Assembly (NCBI RefSeq): GCF_009914755.1
Contig: NC_060934.1
Strand: one strand, 5' to 3'
DNA from: the human T2T-CHM13v2.0 reference genome, Homo sapiens
DNA: 64,000 nt
Part shown: one piece after another, positions 1-40,354 of the stretch
How positions within the stretch are numbered: position 1 is the stretch's first letter
How the letters are laid out: every line of letters begins with the position of its first letter
The notes under the pieces: model-generated
The model's database searches: none
What the model saw: only the letters and a program-made list of their open reading frames with translations
What the model was told of the DNA's origin: nothing
Program-made: the position numbers and the translations under genes

Positions 1-484
1 GTTATTGGTGTATAAGAATGCTTGTGATTTTTGTACATTGATTTTGTATCCTGAGAAAATGTGGCACATATACACCATGGAATATTATGCAGCCATAAAA
101 AATGATGAGTTTATATCCTTTGTAGGGACATGGATGAAATTGGAAATCATCATTCTCAGTAAACTATCGCAAGGACAAAAAACCAAACACTGCATGTTCT
201 CACTCATAGGTGGGAATTGAACAATGAGAACACATGGACACAGGAAGAGGAACATCACACTCTGGGGACTGTTGTGGGGTCGGGGGAGGGGGGAGGGATA
301 GCATTAGGAGATATACCTAATGCTAAATGACAAGTTAATGGGTGCAACACACCAGCATTGCACATGTATACATATGTAACTAACCTGCACATTGTTCACA
401 GGTACCCTAAAACTTAAAGTATTAAAAAAAAAAATCTACCAAAACAAGAAAAAATAAAATAAAATAAAATAAAAAAACAAAAAA
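1..484 (+). mobile_element. L1PA (about PA3-PA5) 3' end with 5' inversion; 1-56 antisense ORF2 piece, 54-434 sense 3' end, degenerate poly(A)
   Basis: 1-56 matches the minus-strand L1 at ~43844-43899; then KMWHIYTMEYY...GGN* and the L1 3'UTR G-tract. Confidence 0.93.
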
Positions 485-798
485 CCCTAAAGCTGTGCAA
501 TTAAATATTAATTTTTTTGACTTTGGAATGTCCTTTGTAATTTTTTTGTTTGTGGTAAATTTACCTTCAAACTTCACTTGGATTAATATGAAAGCAAAAT
601 GAGATGTGTATTTCCTAAATATGTATCAACAAAGCAAGAGAAAGAAAGTGGCTCCCAAGTAATTGAGAGACAAAGTGAAAAATGAAGTTGCATGTAATTT
701 ACATGCTTAGACTCAGTCCATATATGGATAATCAAAGGCAGCGAGGAGGAGAAGGAATATTGAGGAACCGCTAGTAATGCTTAAAAAAAAAACAAACA

Positions 799-1420
<622 letters not shown>

Positions 1421-1899
1421 ATACAATGGTATTGGGGGCAGGGAGAAATTGTTTACAGTGCCTCTCTGATTCTCTTTAAGATTTAAACATTTTTTTACCA
1501 AGCTATAGAATTTCTATCCTTATTTTCCTGAACATTAAAATAGACATAATGTCATTTACCACTCCCATCACATGGACTACTCCTTATTAAAATATTAAAG
1601 AAATGAAATTTGCACCTATGCTATATAGATAGATGGATAGATAGATAGAACCTTTGAATATTGAAGTTAAAGAAATATGGAGCAAACCTATTTGTTCTCA
1701 ACTTTCTGAAATAACTTTAACATCAACTATGTAGGAGAAAAATCTCTAAATATATCTTTCAACTCTTTACCTTTTTTTTAAAATAATATGGACCCTCTCA
1801 AAGACATGATAGAAGTACTCAGTGTGAGTTATATGGGTCAAATCCTTCAGAAATCCTGATTTATAATAATGCATTATTAAAACTGATACTATCAAAACT

Positions 1900-2085
1900 T
1901 CTATTTTGAGGATCTGCATGTCATCTATGACCCTAACAGCCTCCTAAGAGATAGATATTCTTAGTATTCCCATTTTACAGAAGAGAAAATTGAGGTTCAA
2001 AGGGGTCAGGAAACTTGTTCAAGGCCACCCAGCTAAATGTAGAGCTGTCTGACTCCCCAGCCCCTGCTCTTTCCACTGTGTCATA
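1900..2085. mobile_element. MIR
   Basis: cccattttacagaagagaaaattgagg...cttgttcaaggccacccagct MIR core. Confidence 0.75.
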
Positions 2086-3150
2086 CTCTTGGCCACTTCC
2101 TGTCTTGCTTGAACAAACATAGTTCAGGCAAAACGTACAAGCAACGATGACGTGCCACTGTTACACCTCCCAATTAAAACCTATAATTTCCGAGTCTGAA
2201 CTGGAAATCCTTTGGCTCTGTGCTTTTGTCTGGCCTGCTCAGGAAAATGTTTATTTTGAGATGTGCACCTCTCAGAGCGGTTGGATATTTTCGGTGGCCC
2301 ATTCACACATGGGCCACATTGAACTGAAGGTATAGAGCAGTGGCTTCACCCCACAACTGCAACAGCCCCGGCCCTGCCCTGCTCCCGACTTGGGGTCTGT
2401 TTCAGTGAGGGTGTTAAGGCTATTAGTAGGTCCATGGAGACTATAAATAGAGCCCTGGGCTTCAGCCAGCTCAGTGTGTTTATGTTTTTGGGTTGCGCTG
2501 CAACTGTTGTTGGTAATTATAGACGCGTGGGTGTGCATGGGTGCTGATGAACAGTTCCTCCTCCTGGTTTCCTCTTTGCACAAGACCAACACTGGGGGTG
2601 TCTGAACTCACAATCCCATCATAAGGTCCCGTGTGTCCAGTCACTGCTGTATTTCCTGGCCAAACTGAAATGACCAGGGGGGCTGAAAGATGTCAAGGTA
2701 TTCCATGTCATCATTAGGGTCACCACCTGTGTCGTCAACGCTTTCTTTAAAAGAAATAAAGTGACATCATGTTTCATAGTCTTTGCAGACAAATGAGAAA
2801 AGGATTTATGGGTCTAATTGAAATGATGATTCCTAAGGGAACCTAGTGGAATGAGGAGTACATCGAGTCCAGTAAATTGCCGTGATCTGTAATGTTAGCT
2901 CTGAAAGGGCTACATTCTCCTTTAGATGTCCCAAAGGTATGTGCAATCTTTCACCAGTGAAGAGGGTGGGGTCACCTCTTCCTGCTTTTCTTTTGAGTCT
3001 CTGGTGATCCAAGTGAAGGTGGTGGTCACAGCCTGAGGCTGCTCCCTGAGCTGACCATCGGCTACCAGAACAGTCAAGTATGTCCAATTCTAACCCATCT
3101 ATTGAACTTGGGCTGTGCCAAAGAGACACCAGTAGAGTAGAAGTAGCTGA

Positions 3151-3472
<322 letters not shown>

Positions 3473-4699
3473 AAATGCTGTCATCTTAAAGGTACACACT
3501 TGGGAGGACTTTCTTCTCCACTACCTAACCTTACCCTATGCCTTTGGGTGATGGTGGCAGAAAGTCAGCTGGTGGGAAAGAGAAAGTGGGAAGATTTAGG
3601 GGGTTGGTCCAATTCTATTTTACATGCCCCATCTTGTCCTACTATTGTCTTCACTTATTTAGTTCATCTGCCCTGATGACAGGCTAAGTAGGTTCAGACT
3701 GTTTAGCGGGCTGGAATAACACAGCACCTGGAGTCAAGAGAAAAATACCCAAGTGGTGGCCACCTAGGAAGTTTGACCAAAAAAAAATTTGGTGCCATTC
3801 CTCTTAACCCCAAATATGACCCCCTACGAACTGGCCCATTCAAAAGGATCAAGGAGTGGCAGATAATTCTTTACGTCCACAAGGCTGAGCACATGGTAGG
3901 TGTTCCTTAAATATTTGCTAAACTGATCTATTTGGAGTCCTTGATTTTCATGTGTTAACTCTCTTACAGCCCACACTTTCAATACTACAGATACTCCTGC
4001 CCCTAAATTATTTCATGCATACTGAGTTCAAGAGTTCATTCATTAGCTGACCGAAGAACACTGGGTGCTTTCCCATAAAGAGCTGCACAAAACTGTTCAG
4101 TTTAACAGCAGTACCATGTTGGTAATGGGAGATTCATGTAATTGTCTGAATATGTAATTGCATTTAACAAAAATGACTGGGAAACAGGGAAAGAAAGTGC
4201 TGGTATTAGTGAAAATAAGCAGAGAGGTCTCATCAATTTAATAAAATTAAGACAAAAATAGAAATCATCAAGTGTGCTATAAGTGGCAAGTCTTTAGCCT
4301 CAATTGGATGCTCAATGGAGGATGGTTGATTGTGTGTTCAATTATGAAGACAAAGAACAAATTAAAGAGCATGGTGAAATTCTGGAACTGTATTGTCAAA
4401 TATAGTATCCAAAAGGCAAGCCGTAGTCAGCATTTCTATAACTATTTTTTAAATCTCTGGGAATCCTCCTACCCCTTAACTGAATAGGATCTGAGTCTTA
4501 TTGCTTGATCTCCATACATTTGATTGTCATATGTTTTTAAGAATACATTATATATCAGAACAATATTCAAGATTCTTAAAGTCCTCTCCGTTTCCAAAAA
4601 AAAAAAAAATTGGGGGGAAGTAACACTTTAAGAGGAAGTAACAGCCAACTGAGAACAAAAGTCAAAGATTGTATCTTGGCTATAGCTTGTTACTTAACA

Positions 4700-4940
4700 A
4701 TTAAAAGCACAGGTATAAAATTCAGACACAGCTAGATATGAATCCTGACTTTGCCATCACCTAGCAATGTATCTTGAACAAGTTACTTAATCTTTCAAAC
4801 CTCAGTTTCTTCAGCTGTAAAATGGGGATAATAGTTGTCACCTACCCCATAGGGTGGCTGCAAAATGCAAGTAAGTGAATATATTCAGTATGCTTAGTGC
4901 TGTGCCTGGTACTTACTCTGGGCTTAAAATATAGAAGCCA
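4700..4940. mobile_element. MIR
   Basis: caagttacttaatct...cctcagtttcttcagctgtaaaatggggataata. Confidence 0.75.
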
Positions 4941-6029
4941 TTTTCTACGAAGGAAGAAGGATGCTGGAAGGAGAGATGGGAGGGACTGAACGTGGCCCCT
5001 GACAAGGGGCAAAGATAGATCCTGAACTCTATTAAATACTCAATGAGGAAACACAAGTTCTATTACTACAGCTACTCCCTATCTACCCACTAGGTCATTC
5101 TGGCTTCTGCTGGTGTGAGTGGGAGTATGCTATTTATTCACCTAATGACTCCTTCCAAGTTAGAGAAGTTGGAAACCCTGACAACTGTTCCAACCATTAA
5201 TTCTCTCATTTCACCACCTCTGCACACAGGAAGGTGTGTCTCCTGTATTACTGTCACATCTGCATTTTGACTTTTCAATCGTCTGAGGCTTCCAGCTCTT
5301 TGGAATCAGTGATTACAGCTTTGTGATTATACAATTAGAAGAGGCTAGGTTGAGGATACGCTGTTCAAAACAATAACGTGGCTGCCTCACATAGCGTGGT
5401 GGACACCTGGCACCACCACCTCCCAGGACACATGCTCACCACCCTGGGTCTCTGTGCTTGTTTCCCCTGACATGGCCAAGACTCTACCCCCATTTCCATT
5501 TTGACAGCTTTCTTGTCTAAGTTCTTCTTTAAAGGTTTATTAGGGTATCATGACATTGTTGATTGCTGTTTAGCATTGATTATTAGTATTAGCCCTGCTT
5601 ATTGAAAAACTTTGAGAGAGTCTTATATTTCTAAGATTTCATCTAGACCTCAAATGCCCTTACGGTGTAAGCCCAGCTACAGCAGAGGTAGAATCTGAGC
5701 AGGGAGGGGAGAGTGGCTGCAAAATCTTGGAGGAAAATGAAAGGACAGAATACAATAAAAGAATACTCAAGACTGTAATGCCAAAGCCCTCAGCCCAGGG
5801 CCTGCAACACAGTGAGAAGTTCTCAGTAGTCAAAATCCACCTTTCTTGTCCTATGACACTACCCTGCCTTGTTCGGTTGTGAAATAACTTTCAGACAAAA
5901 TCAGTAGTTCTAAATATTTTGGTGAAGCTCTTTCCTCCTTCTCCTGGGCAAGCCTTCCGCGTGCATTGCCTCCACTCACTCACCTCCCATTTCCACCTAT
6001 GCTAATTTCACCTCCACACCCAGGGCCAC

Positions 6030-7290
6030 ACTGTGGCTTCACTGCATCAAGATCACCAAGTGCTCTATCCAGTGCATGCTTTTAGTCTTCGTCTCACTGG
6101 CCTCCCTGAAGCGTGTGACACTGTGGACCAGTCTTATCCTCTTGAAACCCTCTCTCCTGCCTTCCTTGACACAAATTTCTCCTCTTCTCCTTGGCAGTTG
6201 CCCTTTCTGGCTCTTCCATCTTTGCCCACAACTTTGAGTTGACGAATTGAGGGACTGTCCTTGACCTTCTGCCCTTCCCACAGGACAGGGCCTCCCCTGC
6301 CATGCTTTCAACAGCCACCTGCTCACCAATGGCTCTCATGTTTTTCTCCTCATCCCTGACCTATCTTTTGTGCGTCAAACCCACATAAGCAACTGCACAT
6401 TGGGCCTCTCCACTTCGGTGTCCCACAAGCATCTCAAATTCAACATGCACAACACAGAATTAGTTGTCTTACACCCCTTTCGTTCCATGTCTTCTATAGT
6501 CACTCAAACCAGAATCCTGGGTGGCATCTTACATGTCTCGTTTTCCTTTAACTCTCAACCCTCTCCCTCTACTACCCAATCACCAAATCTTGGTAATTCT
6601 CTCCTTCTCTAATCCTTCCACTCTTCCACTCCCTTATTTGCAAACTTCACATCTTTCTTGAATTATTTTAACAGCCTCCCAACTACTTTTCTTGCCTTCT
6701 GTCTCAACCAGGCTTATTCTCCCCACAGATACTCAAGCGACCTTTTTAAAATGAAAGTCTAATAAGCCTCTGCCTTACTTAAAGTCTAGCCAGTAGCTTC
6801 CCATTGCCTATGTGGTAGAATAAAAACCCCATTGTAGGGCCTGCAGGGGGCTCTGTGATCTGCCTCCTGTATTTCATCTCTGCTCTTCCCCCTTCCTTCT
6901 CTCCAACTTATACTCTGGCCATCAGAGTTCTAGAAGTTCCCCCAGAGCATCATGCTTTTCAATGTATTTGCAAAGGCAAAAAAAAAAAAATACACTTGCG
7001 TTTCATTCCCACCTAGACAGCGCCTACTTCTTCATGAAGGCCTAGTCCAAGCATTCTCTCTTTAGTCTTCTATAACTTTCCCCATCCCCCCAACTCCTCT
7101 CCCCTCCTTAGAGAACTGCCCACTTTCTCCGATCTGCCACAGTGTATATATCTTCGGAAGGCATCTACCACACTTATTTACATGTCTGTCTCTCTGCTAG
7201 ACTGAAAACTCCTTCAGGGTGGGGATGATCTCTTAATAGTCTTTACTCTCACCCCTGTGCACAGATCCTGCCATAAAACAGTTAGAGAAC
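6030..7290 (+). mobile_element. L2 fossil including RT-region remnant
   Basis: Track ORF 6033 LTGLPEACDTVDQSYPLETLS resembles the L2 RT motif LDLSAAFDTVDHSLLLETL; typical L2 3' sequence follows. Confidence 0.7.
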
Positions 7291-9843
7291 ATAGCACCCC
7301 ACTCTCCATCAAATCAACCAGAACTGAAAGCTCAGGAAGCTGCGTTTGACGGCTTCACTTTTAGTTTCAGTTGCTCAGTCTGGGCAGCTCAGAGCAGCTT
7401 CCTGAGCCTCCACCAGTTCAGAAAGCATCCAATCTGCAGTGAAGTGTGCACTGTCATTTGTTGAGCAGGAGCTCACAGTGATCCTGCTGATAGGGAGGCC
7501 TTTGCCGCCTTTCGCCCAAACCCCATGCCCTCTGGACTATGCATCTTAAAGGTCATGGTCATGGGCGGTCCTTATCAATCAAAGCATCAGGCGGAGAAAA
7601 AAACCCCATTCTGGGATATGGTGAGACATGTCGGTTTCAAAACATTGCAGATTGTTAAATGAGTAATGTTAATGTGATCTCAGAATAGTAAATACACCCC
7701 CACAAGGAAAAGATATTAGCTGCATTATCTGGAAAGAAAACAAGAAAGGAAAGCAACATTTGGCTGCAAAAACTATGAAAGAGATGTCTGTATGGTGATT
7801 CAAGTTCTACTAGGGCAGGTAAATTGCATTTTTCTGATTGTCTGCCCACTCTCCTCCCCCCACCCCATGTGGGGACATGCACTCCCTCATTAAATCTCTT
7901 CTCTGGGGTAGGGTATGGGACTTGGGGGAAGTGAAGGGAAGCGGGGAGCATACACATAGAGGAAGAAAACAAAGGCCTTCATTTTCTAAAAATATCACTC
8001 ACTATGATTGAGAAAGAGTTTCTCAAGAAATGCGAATGTCCTGCACAGGAAGTAACACTTCATCACACGGCTAATAATCAGCCACGTGCTTGTCAGGGTT
8101 AGGTTTTTCCCTTCTGTGGTGAAAAGGTGGCTCCAGGCAAGCCTGGATATCTTTCCCGCCAGCCTGATAGTTATTTAAACACATTCAGCTCTTATCTTCC
8201 AAAATGTGTGAGTGTGCTACTCCCATTACATCAAATTCATGTGGAAGACTCTCAGTGGCGGGGGATGGGGGAGTCTGCAATTTTAAAGGGTTTATGTGGG
8301 GCCAGACTACCGTTCCCCCACCCCAAATTGTCTTTTCCACACTGAAGCAGCTTGCAGGGGCCTGAATATTTATCCAGTTAAACAAAATGTACTTTCCTTC
8401 CACCCTCTAGCTCAGCAGATTTTGCCCCTTCTCTCTCTGAGGCCTGGTTCTTCCCCAGAATCCAGCATCATTAAGGTCCCTTATCCTTAAAGAAAAGAGT
8501 TAGGTCAGCGAATTCACTCCAAGATATTGGCAACTCACTATGTCCGCTAATTACATTTAAAGGAGAGAGAAGTACTTTACCCAAAGTAATGACTCTCTGA
8601 TGGTGAAGTTTCTGGTCTTACCACGGGAGCCGGTGAGACTTTCCAGTGCCTCTCAAGTCTTACTACATTGGTGACCATCGATGATGTCTGACCCTCATGC
8701 CAGGGTCATAGCTCATTCCCTGATAAGGGTCTGGTTGCTTTCATCAGGATTATCAAGTTGCTTTTATGCAGTGCATTTTTTGTACAGCTTTTTTTCAGAA
8801 GCACTTGGTAGATAAATTAAATCCCAAGGGTCCTTGCCCCTTGCCCAAAGATCCTTAGCATACGCCTCTCCATCCAGAACTCCTTTGACAGAGAGGATCC
8901 AGGTTGAGGAGGGGTGAGGAGGTTTCCACCATGTGAGCTCTTAGGTGTGCCAGTCTTGAAGACTTAAATCATATGGTAATCCTACAACAGATACATGAAG
9001 CTCCTCATTCATTAATTTATTCGAGTATCACTTATTAAGCTTCCACTCTGTGCCAGCCATTGCTCCAGAGAGTCACCAAAGAACCAGACTGACAAAGTTT
9101 CTGCTCTGATGGAGCTGAAAGCTGGAAATTGGTTTAAACTATTTCTGTCTGTCTCCAGAAAGCAGAACTGGGACAAATGGGTAGGAGCCCCAGGGAAGCA
9201 GATTTCTGCTCTATACAATATATTATTACAACCAAATATGGAATGGTAATGAGCTCCCTGTCACTGGAGGGATCTGAGAAGAAGCTGCATGATGACTTCA
9301 TGCATGGAGCTGGGCTGGATCTATTGTCTTTAACCATTTCTTCTAGCAGCAGGAATCTTTTCTTAAACAAAACCTTACCGGAAGTCCCAATACATAAAAC
9401 AGAGTGCTGAAGTGATATGTACAGATCTGGCGTCACCCCCAACCTACTCACAGCCCCCCATCACCCCCTGCAACATATTCCTCTGTTCACCAAACCTTGG
9501 ATATCCACAAACAACTGGATGCGATGATCATGAAGCTCCCAGCCTCCCCCACTGTCATGGGCATCTGTGAGTCTAAGTAGGATGGTGGATGATTTCTCAC
9601 CACCATCTTCCCCTCTCTCTCTCTCTCTCTCTCTCCATTTCCACCTTTTCCTAGGAGAGAGTCTGATGAAGCCAGTAAAAAGGGTCAAAGGCTCTGGGAG
9701 CATAGTGGGACAATGAATGCTGTCTGAGAATGTCAATATGACCAAAGACATTGTTCCACTTGGGTGGACCTGAAAATCATAATGGGGCTCCAAAAAGAGC
9801 CCATTGCCTGGGATCCTGAACCGTAAGTTAAAGTTAAAGGTCG

Positions 9844-10143
<300 letters not shown>

Positions 10144-10829
10144 AGGTCAAAAAGGCCAAAAGGACCTTGGAAGGAGAGGACAAAAAACCAGAGAGAGAAG
10201 ACACTTACAGGCAGCTCATTGAAACAAACAAACAAAGACTTCATTCGCACTATCCTCAGGAAAAGTTCCTGTGTATTCAGTACCTTCTAACATAAAGCTT
10301 ACTTTCTAGTAATAGACCCTACTTAAACCCTTCCAGATGTAAGAGCTGATAGTAAGGGATTGCACATCATTCTCCAATCTGGAGCAGGAAGTTGGAGAAG
10401 CTGTCTGCCTTCAGGCTGTGTGCCTGGAAAGTCCCATCCCCATTTTGCACAGTGTGGGTGGAAAGGGAAGCCTTCAGCAGCTCAGAGGACCCTGGCTGGC
10501 AGCCACTCACTGACTTGGGACTGGTGATGGAGTGTGGGAGAGGGGAATCTGACAACTTGAAAAAGAGCCTGAAGTCTTCCTAAGCATAGAACTACCACAC
10601 AGAGCCTCAAGCCTGCCCAATCACAACCTTGCCATCATCTCAGCTAGCATTTTCCTGACAGTTTCTGAAAAAATAATCAAAACTGGACTCACATCTTCTA
10701 GCCTCATAGCTAGAAGTGAGTAAGTCAGCTGAGCTTTGCTTAAACTCATGGTTTTCCAAGGTGTGTAACATACACAAAACAATTTGGCAGGGAGACATTA
10801 GTAGGTGCTACTCAATACATTTCTGAAGA

Positions 10830-11362
10830 GTAGCACTTAGGGAAACTCTGGTCTAAACAAAACTAAGCATGTTACTGTAGGGCTTTTCAGAGCCTTGAAA
10901 ATGCTAATGTGAATTGTGACTCTCCAAGAAAGGAATACAGTCATATTTGTGAATTCTGCCTCTTGGATTCAACTAACCTTGGAAAAGAAAACCTCACAAA
11001 GTCACAAAAGCAAAACTTGAATTTGCTGTGAACCAAGTACTGCATAGAATCCTTGCAAATAAATTGGTGTGTAGGCATTGTATTAGGTATTATAAGCAAT
11101 CTAGAGATGATTTAAAGTATATGAGAGAGGATGTGCCTAGATTGAATGCAAATACTATGCCATTTTATATAAGGGACTTGAGCATTCTCAGGTTTTGGTA
11201 TCTGCAGGGGACAGAGGGGTCCTGGAACCAGTCCTCCGTGGCTACCAAGAGATGACTGCATAGTATTCAGTATTTCCTAAGTTTATTTGAACTCTGAATG
11301 CTTTTTTTCACAGGGCAACTTAAAGTACTTCTTTTTCCTGAAACACAATTTGGAAAATACTG
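10830..11362. mobile_element. hAT-Charlie-type MER fossil interrupted by a Tigger3/MER7-type element (10938-11258)
   Basis: Inner element bounded by cagtcat...atgactg next to TA, with tcctggaaccagtcctccgtgg terminus; outer halves end in aatttggaaaatactg. Confidence 0.6.
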
Positions 11363-11599
11363 TCACAAAGCAAACATTAACCACATTATATAATTTTAGA
11401 GATTTATTTTTCATTAAGGTAAGCCAGTATTTCCAAAATACCGCAATGTCTTATCCACCATCTCGAGAGGTAAGACTTCATGTGGATGAACAGTCTGCAT
11501 CACTGAGGCTTCGAACACCAAAACAATTAAACCATTCAACCTAAAAATCTTTCTAAAGTGTATTATACACATCTCTATTTTAATTGTTAAAAATAAAAT

Positions 11600-12540
11600 T
11601 AAATATTTTTGAGTATAAAAGTAAATATATGCTTATTTTTCAAAGCTTAAAAAAATTGCAGAAGACTAAATAAGGCAAAAGCCCATAGTTCTGTTAACAT
11701 TTATTGTAATTTATCTCATCTTATTTTGCATAAAATATTAATATATAAAATAACTGTCACAATTCACTTAATATTTTCTGTGTCATTAAACAGTCTTTGA
11801 AAATGTATCTTTTAATGGCTCTATGATAGTCTATAATGGAAATGCATTACATTTCATTTAATCACTTTTATTATGTTTTTATTATGAATAAGGATTAATA
11901 TCTATTTATAGAAATCTTTGCCTCTATTTTGATTTTGTTTGAATGGAGGTACCTATAAGCAAAATCATATATATTATAAAATTGCCTTTCAGAGGATTTG
12001 TACCATCTATACACCCCCAGCATTCTCTAAGAATAATATTTTACCATCCTTACCAACATTAAATACTGTTATTTTTTAAAAATCTGTGTTAATTTGGTAA
12101 GTTAAAACTGCTATCTTATAACTGTTTGCACTTTTCATTACCAGTGAGTTTAAACATTTATAAATACTAATTTGACACTGATATTTTTCCTTCTATAATA
12201 CATATCATACGACCATTTTCTCTCATGGCCTTAATATTTTACTCATTGACTTGGGTGAACTTTGTTAAGGTTATTGGATATCATGTTTGTGACAAATAAT
12301 TTTCACAGCTTGCTGTTTACCTTTTAATTGGGTTCATGATTTTTAATATGTAAATCTTAACTTCTATTTATACACAAATATGGCTTTTTTCTTTATTTCT
12401 TCTTTTGCTTTTGTGCTTAGAAAATTATTTCCCTTTCAGAAGTCAGATGAATATTCACTAAATTTCCTCGATGTTTTATGGTTTTATTTTTAAAATCCTT
12501 TTTTAAAAAATATGGTGTGGTGCTTACTTTTTAAACTGAA
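11600..12540 (-). mobile_element. Old L1M fossil (AT-rich)
   Basis: Degenerate antisense L1 3' ORF2/UTR motifs such as ttaccaacatt...gtgagtttaaacattt. Confidence 0.5.
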
Positions 12541-12859
12541 TAAAACGTTATCTTAATGACTCAGGATCACAATTTCGAATAGTGTTTAAAGTTTTGTAGC
12601 ATTAAATAGAATGCTCCCAGGAGCCACTGAAGTGGATAGGGATACTTTTCCCCATTCTCTGTGATGTCAGACTTCTGTGATTCGTTAACTGGGTGGCTCG
12701 TTTTTGGTTTTGATCACTGTTTTTGACGTTAGGCTTCCAGCTCTCATTTCCCATTGCAGACAATCATCTGCCACTCACAGGGCTTCCTACTTTCAACAGC
12801 TCAAACACCAACTAGCCAAATTTGTGCTACTGTGCACAAGGTATATGTATAGTTGAGCC

Positions 12860-13407
12860 TGGGTGGGGAAGGCAGAAGAATAGCCCCCCCACCCCCCACC
12901 AAAGATGTTCATGTCCCAATCCCCAGACTCTCTGAATGCGTTTTGTTACATTTCAAGGGGAAATTAAGGTTACAGATGGAATTGAGGTCACAGATGTAAT
13001 TAAAGTTGTTCATCAACTGCCCTAGATGTGGAGATTATTCCAGATTTCTAGGCAGGCCCAATATAATCACAAGGGTCCTTACAAGTGAAAGAGAAAAACA
13101 AGAGAGTCAATGTCAGAGCGATTTGACATGAGAAAGACTCGGGCAGCCATTGCTGTCTTTGAAGATGGAAGCCATCCATCTCTGGGAGGGGCTGCAGCCC
13201 AGGAATGGGGATAGCTGTTAGAAGCTGGAAAAGGTAAAACATTAGATTCTCCACACTAACACCTCCAGAAAGAAATGTAGCCTTGCTGATACCTTGGAGA
13301 CTCATTTTAAACTTCTATTCTCCAAAACAGTGAGATAATAAATGTGTGTTGTTTTAAACTACTGAGTTCATGGTGATTTGTTACAGCAGCAAAAGGAAAC
13401 TGACACA
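12860..13407 (+). mobile_element. MLT1 (D/E-like) MaLR solo LTR
   Basis: aaagatgttcatgtcccaatcccc start region; aataaatgtgtgttgttttaa...gttacagcagcaaaaggaaactgacaca end. Confidence 0.8.
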
Positions 13408-13766
13408 CTGGGCCTAGAAGTCTGTTCAATAGAGAAAACTGCATGGCTTTTGTGCATGGCCTTGGTAACTGCTATTTTGTCTGCTCTGAGGTTTTGTTTC
13501 CTCCACCCCCCAGTTATTTCCATGGTTGCTGGAAATCTAACTTACATCTAGAGCAGAGCCTAAGCAGGACATTATTTTACAGGAATTGGCCCCTACAAGT
13601 CAAGTTGCAAACCCTGGGTCAAAGGGTGAAGTAGAAGGAAGCTGGAAACACATAGTATTTTAGAAGTTTTTCAGAGAAATCACAAGGCAGGAACTTCTGC
13701 TCAGTTTGGAAGAAAGAGCATTCCATCATGACCCTTGGACTGGGTGAGAGCATCATCCTTTAATTA

Positions 13767-40122
<26,356 letters not shown>

Positions 40123-40239
40123 CAGAAATAAGAAGAAAACAGGTGAAAAAGACAGTGTGATAAGGCCATGGTGGTGGATTGTGGATGCCCTGCCCTGTAT
40201 CCACTTGGGAGAGAGCCTCTACAACATGCTGGCAACTTC

Positions 40240-40354
40240 CCCCTCACTGATTCAAATGTTAATCTCCTTTGGCAACACCCTCACAGACACACCCAGGATC
40301 AATACGTTGTATCCTTTGATCCAATCAAGTTGCCACTCAGTATTAACCATGACA
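40240..40354 (-). mobile_element. MLT2 LTR fragment in the 3' UTR
   Basis: Reverse complement of the 19461 LTR start (ggcaacaccctcacagacacaccc...caatcaagttg...taaccatgaca). Confidence 0.8.

Noticed and set aside
2441-2450. CTATAAATAG as a TATA/MEF2 promoter
   Set aside because: Isolated motif; no CpG island, exon or ORF to attach it to
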